NCBI GenBank assembly: GCA_021613535.1
Contig: CP075496.1
Location: 12,834,001 to 12,898,000 of the forward strand
Reading direction: 5' to 3'
DNA length: 64,000 nt
From: Adineta vaga
Taxonomy: Eukaryota; Animalia; Rotifera
The position numbers were made by a program, and so were the translations under genes. The notes under the pieces were generated by a model. It saw nothing but the letters and a program-made list of their open reading frames with translations. It did no database searches and was not told the origin of the DNA. Positions 41,157 through 51,566 of the stretch are shown piece after piece. Numbering within the stretch: the first letter of the stretch is position 1; each line of letters begins with the position of its first letter.

Positions 41157-42072
41157 ATGTCGTCATTATTATCTTTACCATGTGTAGCTGATAAATGTGA
41201 ATTAGCATCTCTTGCTCTATGTCAATGTTGTAAAAAAGATCTATGTATTGATCATCTAAATGAACATGCAAATCAACGGAATGAAAAACTTTTACCATTT
41301 GCTGATAAAATCAATGTACTATTAGAACGTTTCAGTAAGTTTTATGATGGAGAACAATCTGTTTTGAAACAATTAGATGAATGGAGACAAGATGCATATA
41401 AAATTGTTGATAATTTCTACGAAAAAAAACGACAAGATTTTCTTGGTGAAACAACAGATAAACAACGAGAACAATTAAATGAAATGCAAAATAAATTAAA
41501 AGAATTAATAAGAAAAAAAGGTGGCACACAACAAGATTTTGATGAATTTTCTGAAAATATGCAAACAATTGAACAACATCTTGATAAACTTCAACAAATT
41601 CAGGTGATTCTTCCTCCATTAACCATTGATGAACAGTGTATTCTTCGACCAGTTGTTCAACAAAATGAATTAAATGATAAAATCTCAACTGAACAATTGG
41701 ATAAAACATCGACTAAAAAGCGAACTTCTGAAAAATCTTCGAAAAAGAAGAAAAAATCTTCGCGTCATTCGGATGATTCATCCGATAGATCTTCACGTCA
41801 TCGAAGTCGTTCTCCACGAAATAACAGTGATCGGTCTCGACGAAGTACGTACTTCAAATATAGAAACAAGTAAGAAGAAAATCCGTTGTTTGTTTTCTCT
41901 TGCTTCAGGACGCGATAGATCACACGATTCTGATTCTTCTCAATCAACAAATAATAAAAACAATTGTAATGATTGTCGTGGTTGTCGTTTCTATCAAGAT
42001 CGATTCGGACCCGGTTTTATGGATGCATTTGGTCCATGTTCATGTGATTGTCACAAATGGGCATATACTTAA
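41157..42072 (+). CDS. B-box-like Zn finger plus coiled-coil protein with RS-rich and Cys-rich tail (intron 41845-41908)
   Basis: C..C..CQCCKKDLCIDHLNEH, then a coiled coil (LKQLDEWRQDAYKIVDNFYEKKRQ), a basic NLS-like run, RSRSPR, and after a GT-AG intron CNDCRGC..CSCDCH. Confidence 0.75.
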
Positions 42073-42705
42073 ATCATTCTCTCTTCAAAAATCAATAATC
42101 TTAGAAAATATTGAACTTATTTGTAAAATTATTTGTTCTTCTCTGTGATTAACTCGTGTGAGTAGTTGCTTGTTTTTATATGGATATACATTTGTGATAC
42201 TTTTTCTTATATGAATGATTCGATGAACTGTGCAAAGAACATCAATCCTAGATAATCTCGATTTATTAATAAAAATTTAAAAACACCAAGGAAAAAGATC
42301 GTGTGAAGTGAGCCAAAATCAGTGTGAGCCCAACTAGAGTTCATAGTCCACATTTTATCGCATAGATGCAATTTGTGGAGAAAACGACTGTTGTTTGTTT
42401 TTTAATATGTTTCTAGCAAAAACCACATACTCTTCAAGAAAAATGAATCTGCCTCGCAACAGAGAAGCTTCGATCTTTTGTGTCTAAACGTTAAAAGTTT
42501 TTAGCCTCTTAACAGTGGAATTTTTTTAAACGACACAATAAGATTTTCGCAAAAGAACCTGTTAGATATTGAAAGATCTTTGAGAATACCAGGAAAATTT
42601 TGTAAACAAATATACTTCATTATTTTACGTAGAAAATATAAATTGTTTACATCGAGAAAGCACAAAACTTTAATCTCACAAGTGTTTTGAAATTCAGAGT
42701 TTTGT

Positions 42706-43038
42706 TCAGAAATTTAGTACGGTATGATAAGCATGAAAACATGGATCAACACAGAATGCAACATCACAAATTGTACATTCGAGTCTTGATTCATGTCTTG
42801 TTCGACTTATCTAATTTTGTGTATGACCATAAACATAATATCGCTTCGTTGGATGCCGCTTGTTTTCACTGGAAGGAATAAAGGATGGAAAATGCCGTTA
42901 AGTTAACCGTACTTGTGTAGGCTCATTTGACGGTCTCCCTCTTTTGATTAAATGTCCTGGAAGACTATCTTCTAGATTTTTCAGCAGTGTTTTTGAAACA
43001 TTGACAAATAGTATTCGAGAATTCATTACATAAAGAAT
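42706..43038 (-). pseudogene. piggyBac (PGBD4-like) transposase C-terminal fragment, disrupted
   Basis: Manual translation: VNVSKTLL..KRGRPSNEPTQVRLT*RHFPSFIPSSENKRHPTKRYYVYGHTQN*ISRTRHESRLECTICDVAFCVDPCFHAYHTVLNF*. This is the piggyBac Cys-rich domain, with in-frame stops at 42898 and 42811. Confidence 0.85.
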
Positions 43039-43165
43039 TTACATTGTAAATGAATAGTTCTAAAGTCGACGGAGAGTGGCGCAATCGATATGAGACATCA
43101 GAAATTATATAGTGAGCTCCACTTAGTGTAGAACGTTAGATTCGATATAGACCATACAAAAAAAT

Positions 43166-43400
43166 ACGTAGGTGAAGTTGGCACCATATTCGAGTAAATC
43201 CTTCCCATATTCGTTTAGGTAAGCGTTCCAACTTTTCCAACTAGTGTTCCAGATTCAAATCGACGAGCTCTATCGAATGGTGTCCTTGAAATTATCATAG
43301 CCGCAACCGGCTCTCTGGAAAACCGATTGTATCGAGTTTTTCCCTTGGTTATAACAATAACTACTTAGTAAAATGACCCTATATTCGTTTAGGTGAGTAT
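43166..43400. mobile_element. MITE-like remnant
   Basis: 14-bp direct repeat ATATTCGTTTAGGT at 43207-43220 and 43381-43394, a partial CATATTCG copy near 43186, and higher GC than the flanks. Confidence 0.4.
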
Positions 43401-43845
43401 TGCAGGTGTAACTTAGCGGGTTATCTTCATTGATGACTTTAAATTCCCATTTTTGGGAAATGTTTCATTGATTAGTCCATCATTTCGATAATTTACGTTC
43501 TAGTAGCATGCTAGATGTGAATGGCATTTTTGTATCATTCAATCGGAAGTTCTGAAAGAGTGAAACTGTTTCTTTGTTACAAGTGTGACTATGTGTAGTC
43601 CTTAGACAATGAATGCTCTGGAATATTTGACATTTTTGCTAACCGCTTTTTTTGTGGTAAAATAAGCTCGAGTTTAGTAATATATTTAATATGATATTGA
43701 ATTTTTGAAGATAGGAAAGATATAAAGAGATATTCTGTTGAATAACAATTTTTTTTAAAAGTAAGTTATTATTTTATATATAATGAATACACAAAAGCAA
43801 CAAAGAGACAAATATATAAATGACGATGTCAAGAATGAACTTGGG

Positions 43846-45029
43846 TTAATGTTTATTTTCTTTGTTTTTAGCGAATGCTGCTAATAAGTCATAGAGACTA
43901 CCCATATTGTCTTTTGTTGATTGTGCTGATGAGTTGACAAGTTGATCTGTTGTGGTGCCAATGTTTATTATTGATGTTGGAGCGTTATGAAATTTTCGAC
44001 GACATCGACAAAAAAAATAGACCGTGACGACGATGACTATTATAATAAGAATAGTCATTACAACAGTGAAAATGATAACCAAAGGTCTTGTTGCACTCAG
44101 ATTTCCTTGCCGAGACAAACTAATACCAGTGCTTTCCGTTTCTTTTATATTTTTTTGTTGAGTTCTCATCTGCTCTTCTAAAGTAAGTAGAAGGTTTTTA
44201 TCCGTCGCAAAAGGATATACTTTCGGTAGAGTCATATTCAACGGGCGAATGGATTCAACGGTCTGAACAATATCGTCATTCACAGTTTTTATTATGTATG
44301 ATTTTACTGGTAATTTAGTTACAAAACTTAATGAAATTACATTCAAGGAGGGAAGTTGATTGGGATACAAAAGATATTTACGAGAAATAAAGAACATTCA
44401 TACAAACATAATCGAAAAAGGGTAAGCTCAATTTCAATTTTAATTTTTAATATTGATGAAGAATTTAATAGGAATGGATGGCTTTGCAACGGAGAAGTGT
44501 TTAGTGAAGTATCATATTTCGTTCATGAACCTCCACCATTCCTTTTCGTAGACATTATACATCCTACTATGGATGATTCGAATAGTGAGGGAATAGTACA
44601 GGTGGATCTCAACTTCCATGATATACAGCATCGTATTGCAGTTGGCACATCACGGTAAGTAATCATAACGGATATATATAATTTGCATGATCAAATAAAT
44701 TTTCTCCATTTTTTAAAGGTATACTTTACGAGCAACAATTAATCACAAAGCTGATCATTTCACAACAACTATTATTGATTCAACCAATCGCTTATATTTT
44801 TTACAATGATCTTGAAGGTGTTCGGGAAGTTGACCAATCACCATTTTGTATTGAAACAGCTCTATATATATTGAACAATTAATACGTTATTGACTTTGTT
44901 TTCTCATCACATGTTTCCTATAAACCTGTCATATCTGAGATCATCAAAACAACTGGAAGCATTTATCGATGTGGCAAACATCGATAATAAAACAAATAGC
45001 ATCATGTTAACTGATGAATACACAATCAT
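43846..45029 (-). pseudogene. Decayed type I membrane glycoprotein, envelope (env)-like
   Basis: Signal peptide MIVYSSVNMMLFVLLSMFATSINA at 45029; Cys-containing ectodomain broken by stops and frameshifts; intact 3' ORF with N-glycosylation sequons, a 23-residue TM, CRCRRK and a short tail; no evident introns. Confidence 0.55.
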
Positions 45030-46208
45030 ATTAAGAAGAAGTCAATAATCAATATCAATAAGAATACAGAGAATAGATGGCAATAGGATGGAAAATGTAT
45101 GTTATATAGCTGATACTAAAACAACAATTACACAGATATACCGACTTCATTACTGTACACTTCTTTTCTCTTCTCATCCATGATACGAAATAATAGAAAA
45201 TAAAACTATCGTTGAAATAAGAATTAGAAAACTATTAAATCTGTTTTAACTTCAAATAATATTACAGAAAAGACTCTCTGATATTTAAAATTAAGAGATT
45301 AAAAAATTGAATCTTTTATCTAAAACTGTCCACTAAAATCGATCTATTTTCTTTTCTCAAAAAGATTTTCCCCTCATTGTTAGATATGCGTCATTATTTC
45401 TATTAAGTGAGATAAGTTTGACTTTCATCATTTAGGAAAAACCTTTCTCATTGTGAAATAATTCGATTTTTATCTGTTGAAACCGAAACACAATTAGTAA
45501 CAAAAAGAATGACTTATTGATCGATTTCATACATATTTAATCAATTAAAATCACATTTGTTTAAAATTTATTTCTTAATTCATCGATTCTAATTGATTAT
45601 AGTCATGAAATTTTCCTTCGTGATCTTTCCTCCATATCATAATAATACATCGAATGGTGGATGACACGATAATCAAGAAACAACAGTGATAACGTTCTGC
45701 ATTATAACTAAAGAGAACTCGACATTTCATCGTTATTGACACGAGTAATTATATGTAAAATTTTCTCACAAGAAAATCGAGAAAACAAGAGTAAATAATT
45801 CTTCGTTATATTATTTCATTCAAGTTTATATTAGTGTAACTAAAAATAATGTTTTAAATACTCTTAATACCTTATTCTATGCTAGATAGTAAATATAACA
45901 AACACATTGTTGTTATTCAGTTTGTACATATGATCATAATTACATCGCTATCGTGTATGCATGCCATATAATTCATGAATAAATACTGATAAAACTGAAA
46001 CGCAATTCTTCTGAACCCCGGGAATCTAGGATTATCGTCAAACTTTTGTAAATATAGCCGACTTCAATAGTTAAAAGGTTATTTTACATGAAAAATCAGC
46101 TTTGATAAGATAACTTTTTCTATATGAAGTGAGCCAAACTTCTTTAGCTAACGTGTTTGGCTCACTTCTTAGGACCAAGGAAAAAATACAATAAATATAT
46201 GATTTTCA

Positions 46209-47256
46209 TTATGATAAGAGAGTTTTTGTTTGAATATCAATCTTTATGCATTCTTTTTTTTCGATTTTGTCATCAATAAATTGAAATCCTGGTGTGATCC
46301 ATCGACCACATGAACATTTCAGACCATTCAAATGGTACTGTCCAATAATAGTTGAACATTCTGGACATTTTATCCAGTCACCATGCGTATTTTCTGGTGT
46401 ATCTATTTGAGACATAATCCATTCCATACAATGAGTAAAGATTCGTTGTTGACATTCTTTTTCTGCAGACAATTTCGTACGCTTATCATTTCCATGTTTA
46501 CTAAACCAATCAATCAATCCTACACCTTCGAAATGGCGTGATAAATCAACATTAGTAAATAATTCTCTCTGACAATGTCGGCATACGTATGTATCTGTGA
46601 TTGTACATTGCGCATGACCATAGGGAAGTGTAAATGCTTGGCGGTATTCTTGACGGAGTGTATTTTTTTGATCGATACCATTATTTTCAATGTCATGATC
46701 AAGATAAATCAGACGAGCACGTTCAAATTGAAATTCTTTATATAAAGTATGATTTTTATCGAGTTGACGATTCATCTGTTCGAATAAATATAATTGAGAA
46801 GTAAAACTTGGATTCGGTTGAACACCTGGACGTGCATTTCTAAGACGTTTCAATGCATCATCAACGGATAATTTATATCGATGCATTAGCCACATACATG
46901 CAATAGTGGCACTACGAGAAACACCTAAAATAAAGAAGTTCATCAGTGAATCAATTCAATGACTTGAACAAACCGACGAGACAATGAATAAGTACATTAT
47001 TAGTTGAATTTTCCGTCAATGCATTTAATATAAAATCATAACATGCATCAAATTCTGTCAATAGATCTGTTGTTTCTATATCTTCAACACGAATATGTTT
47101 ACGAATATAATTATCATTGGAATCAATCGGTAAATCAGATTCAATAAGACTTAAAATATGTGTGATATGAAGACTATCCAAAGCTATAGTATTCTGCATT
47201 GCAGCAAAACTTCCAAGCCATATTCGATCATCAATCAAATCTGCATTAAATTCCAT
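46209..47256 (-). CDS. DUSP12: Dual specificity phosphatase 12 (YVH1-like) with C-terminal Zn-binding domain (2 exons)
   Basis: VLIHCLV|GVSRSAT catalytic loop split by an intron; PNPSFTSQL; CRHCQREL; CPECSTIIG..CSCGRWITPGF. Confidence 0.93.
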
Positions 47257-47409
47257 TTCTCTTTTTTACAAATACTAAATCTAAAATAATCATTTTTCTT
47301 TTCTTTCTATGACAAAATAATCCTTTTAAAGTTAACTTAGTAAAGAATTATCAATATCACGCTTTATTTTGTAATCAATTGTTTATTGAAAGACAAAAGT
47401 GAAAAATTA

Positions 47410-47766
47410 TTAATTAAAAATATCAATATCCAATTGCCAATCATTTTTGTCCGCACCAGAACGTTTCCAGATAACTTGATAATTTCCATGATCAAGTGAG
47501 TGTTGATAAGAACTTGTTTCAATCAAACGATCGTGTCCACCTTCAATCACAGTACCTGTCGTCAAACGAAGATTATCAACTCCAACATCTCGAGCACCTT
47601 GCCAAAATTGTTTGATATTTTCACGTCCTTCATATTTATTCTTATTTGATGGGAAAAGTCGTCCTTCAGTTGTGTAAAGCCCTGCTAATTCATCGATTTT
47701 TCCACTATTGAACAGTTGCTCAAAATTTCGATTTGCTGCATCAATCGTCTGGAATGGTGTCGACAT
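47410..47766 (-). CDS. DUF4440/SnoaL-like (NTF2-fold, YybH-type) protein; intronless, HGT candidate
   Basis: IDAANRNFEQLFNSG..LAGLYT..GRENIKQFWQG..DHGNYQVIWKR..WQLDIDIFN matches the pattern of bacterial DUF4440 proteins. Confidence 0.8.
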   Translation of the reverse strand: MSTPFQTIDAANRNFEQLFNSGKIDELAGLYTTEGRLFPSNKNKYEGRENIKQFWQGARDVGVDNLRLTTGTVIEGGHDRLIETSSYQHSLDHGNYQVIWKRSGADKNDWQLDIDIFN

Positions 47767-48291
47767 ATTTTATTATTCTAATGATTTGAAAAAAGTACGA
47801 ATAAACAATCGTATTTATATGGGTCAAATTTGTTATTAAACACTCCAGAAAAGAAAAAAAAATAGGGCTTTTTCTTCTCCTTTTATTAAGCAAACTGCGC
47901 AATTATGTATATGTATGTCAGCAGTTTTCTCTCATTGTTTTACGCTTCAATAATCTTTTTGTAATAACACAAATATTAAATTTGATTGTTGACGTCGAAT
48001 ATAACTTTTAATACTACAAAATGAATAAAAATTACAGAGAAGATATATCTTTTTTTTCATTACTTATTCTCATATTAATATGTACAACGAAATAAAAATC
48101 ATCGAAATCATATTTACAGATAGTTGTAACGCCAAGCGATTTAAAAGAACACATGGATAAAAAGAGGATATGATTGTAAACACATGAAAAATTGTTTGAG
48201 TAGAGTAAAAAAATGGAATAGGAGAAATTTTAAAAATTTTGTTTTATCATTTTGAAATTACACTGAGATCATTTAACTGTTACTTTACCAG

Positions 48292-50150
48292 TTAGATGTT
48301 GACTAGATTCATCTGTGAGTGTTTTTTCTCTTCTGGAGTAGTTGTAGTTACTGTTGGCACATTTTGTCGATCTTCTTCATCGCTTGATGATAGAGCCGAG
48401 AGTGATGTAGCAGATGAAATCATTTCTGGACTTGAGATAGATTTCATTTCATTTCTTAGATCATTAGAAGGATGAGGAATGTTTGATGAAAGTTTACGAG
48501 CAAGTTCATATTGATCATCATCTGTATTTGTAGTTGCGATCGATTGACTAGAACGATTCGATGAGGAATAAATTGAATCATTAGATAGGTTTTGATTCAC
48601 AGATTCTACAAGTTCAACTGTATGTATTCGTCTAAAAGATAAAGATTCATGAATAAGCTGTTGAAGAAATGAGAATTACATACGCATTATCGGTTGGTGT
48701 TGATTTTTGACTATTAGGCTGCGATGAATTTTTGGGAGGTGTGATTGAACCAGAAGGTTGAGTTTTCTTTCGACGAAGTTCGGCTTCATCTCGAGCTGTT
48801 CGTCTATTTTGATAGAAAATAGAAAGAGAATTAATGAGAAATTTGTTGTAATTTTAAACAAACAATTCAAGTTGAAGTTCAAGAATAATATTTTCCATTT
48901 GTAAAACTTCACTTTCACGTTCAGCTTGTAGAGTTTCATATCGAATTTTTAATTGTTGCAATTCTCGATCACGATGTCTAAGCAATTCTTCGAAATATTT
49001 CTAAAATAAACGAAAAAATTCGATAAACAATAACTTCTTTTTCACTATAACAACATTTACCCTTTGTTCAACTTCGAGTTTGTATTTCTCTAAAGATATA
49101 ATGTCACCGTCTAATGAATTCATTGATTTCATTTCATTGATGGATGATAGTCGTTTATTTTCTTCATTACTATTCTGATTTTTAAATAACTGTTGAGTTC
49201 TACATAAGAGAAGAAAACAGAATTGAAATAATGAAGTATTGAAAGTTTTTACTTTTTCGATTTATAAGATAAAAATGGTGTTAAATCGATGACATCAATT
49301 TCGGAATCATTCATCATCATAAGACCATCTTTTTTAAAGCAAAAACTAAAATCGAGAGTATTTAATGCAGCTAATTGATCACATATAATAAATGCTTGAG
49401 ATGATGTCATAATCGAATCATCATGATAGAATTTTCTAAAAACAAAAAGCTTTGATTTTGTGAAGAAGAATGAAGAAACATACTGAACAAGATGACAATC
49501 GGAAATGACTAGTTTTAAAAGTTCGGAAAGTTTCTTTTCCATCAGAGCAAATTTGAGCCATGCTCTACCCTAAAAGAAAATCGATATGAAGATTATATCT
49601 CAATTGATTATATAATGGTAAAAAAGGTCAAATCCAAAAGATTTCTGTAAACATCATACCTTATCTTTGATGCATCGAGAATTTGTTACTTCTTCGACTC
49701 GTTCGACAACTAGGAGAAAAAAAGAGAGAATGTGTACAATAAGATTACTAATGGTATGTATTCTTACTAGTTTGTCGACAAGAACCAATACATGCTGGTC
49801 GAATAAAATCCCAAAAATATTGTCGTCCTGTCAACCAAGTTCCTATTAAATCAAAGAAAACAATTTCTTAAGATTAGATTTTTGTTTTATATTACCTCGC
49901 ATACGAAAACTAAGAACACGTTCGAGTGTAATGATAAAATTCGTTACATCGTTATTTCGATCATCAAGAGTTGGTGTTACAGTTACAGATGAAGATTGAT
50001 CAATCAATGTATTCAATGTTAATCTAATTAAAAGAACTAAATCTTCTCATTTCCAAAACTATCGAACAACAAAATTTACTTGATTAAACAAAGTAAATTT
50101 GCTTTTTCTCGTTCGATATTTACACTTCCATCATAACTGAATGTTGCCAT
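48292..50150 (-). CDS. RUNDC3: RUN domain-containing protein 3-like, multi-exon
   Basis: FIITLERVLSFR; FWDFIRPAC; GRAWLKFALMEKKLSE; FYHDDSIM; LNTLDFSFCFK..VIDLTPFL; EQR|KYFEELLRHRD coiled coil. Confidence 0.85.
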
Positions 50151-50496
50151 ATCTTCTGTTCTATTCAAGAAGATGACGTTACAGTTCGATAGAAATCTGA
50201 AACAAACTAAATAAAGCAATTTTTTTTGTTTGTAAATAAACATAAAGGATCATCAATATTCTCCTTCATATCCATGCATCTACATCGTTCTCCCGGTTCG
50301 TCTGTTTCTTCTTTTTCTCTCATTTGTTTTCTTTTCGTAATCGATTTGTCAACCTATATATCGTTCGACAAAAAAAACAAAGAATTTTTTCACAAGACAA
50401 GGAAAAAAACCAAGAAATAGATAAATCCATATGTACATACAAAATAACATGAGATACTGACGAATAGGAATATAACTTTTTTTTGTTTTCAACATT

Positions 50497-50754
50497 CTAA
50501 CGGTAATAATTATTATATCCTCCTCCACTTCCTCCTCCTCCTCCTCTTCGTTGTTGATTATAATTTCCATTACGTTGTTTCGTATGAGAATAATCTTGAT
50601 CGTTTCTATTGTATGGATGATATGAATGTTGTTTTCGGCGTTCAAATCTTTGTGGTGCCATTCGATCCTCATAGGCGAACTGTGACTGCACTGGATAGCT
50701 ATTACTCTCATGATTATTAGAAAAGAGTGGAATCGGTAATGGTGGTTGTTGTTG

Positions 50755-50785
<31 letters not shown>

Positions 50786-51203
50786 TGTGGTGATTGCCAA
50801 GGAGCTGCTGAACGATGTAATAATGTATCACTAACATAGATTTCTGGTGTATATGGTTCATTAGGATTATTATTAAAATCTTTATTTGCAGAGCGAGCTG
50901 CTAAACGTAATGGCCGATTAAATAGAGAGACATTTTCCATAATAGCTTCAGCATATGGAATTGACTCTTCATGTTTAAATGTAATAAAAGCAAATGATCG
51001 TCGTCCATCACGTTTCATTGTAACTGCTTCTAAAGGACCACTCTATTCATAGAAAGAAATGACAAGGTTTTTTTTATAAAGAAGAATCAAAATTATCGAA
51101 TATTTACTTGAAGAAAAAGTTCAAAGAGCATTTCTTCTGTGACATTTTCATGTAAATTTCCACAGTATAAGGTTCGACGTTCTTTATTATCACGATGAGA
51201 CAT
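50497..51203 (-). CDS. RBM7: RBM7/RBM11-like RRM protein (2 exons) with polyQ and G/R/Y-rich tail
   Basis: RTLYCGNLHENVTEEMLFELFLQ|SGPL..FAFITFKHEESIPYA..VSLFNRPL. Confidence 0.88.
50746..50787 (-). repeat. Coding (CAG)8(CAA)6 repeat encoding 14 Gln in RBM7
   Basis: Read directly from the sequence. Confidence 0.9.
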
Positions 51204-51566
51204 ATCTAAAAACGACTAATTTGACATGAAATACAATGAGATAGAAAGAAAATAAGATAAAAATGAAAAAAAAATCGTTTTATTTATTATTATTGACATT
51301 CTTTCATTCGTTCACCAATCAGAAAATAATTCATCAAGAAATAAATTTATTTTCAAATGAAAAATTTTATTTGAATATTTAAAAATAGTTTTTCTTGAAG
51401 AAAAAAATAAAATTTATTTGAAAGACATTTGTAAAATGACATCGAAAGTTATGCTCAATTTTCATTGGTCAACAACGAAAAGTTGATGAATCATAAACAC
51501 GCGATAAAATTCGGTCATATCATTTCTTTTTTTAAGTACAAAATCAAACGTTTCCTTGAAAAAACA
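51204..51566. promoter_or_regulatory. Putative bidirectional promoter between RBM7 and ECM29
   Basis: Divergent start codons 363 nt apart; ATTGG (reverse CCAAT) near 51465 and CCAAT near 51315. Promoter function is inferred from gene geometry. Confidence 0.5.

Larger units (their letters stand above)
42285..46185. mobile_element. Composite ~3.9 kb degenerate element with Helentron/HINE-like (alternatively Crypton-like) ends
   Basis: ACCAAGGAAAAA direct repeat at 42285-42296 and 46174-46185. GAAGTGAGCCAAA at 42305-42317 and 46126-46138, with the inverted copy GTTTGGCTCACTTC at 46155-46168 (14-bp hairpin). The interior lacks intact host genes. Confidence 0.6.
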
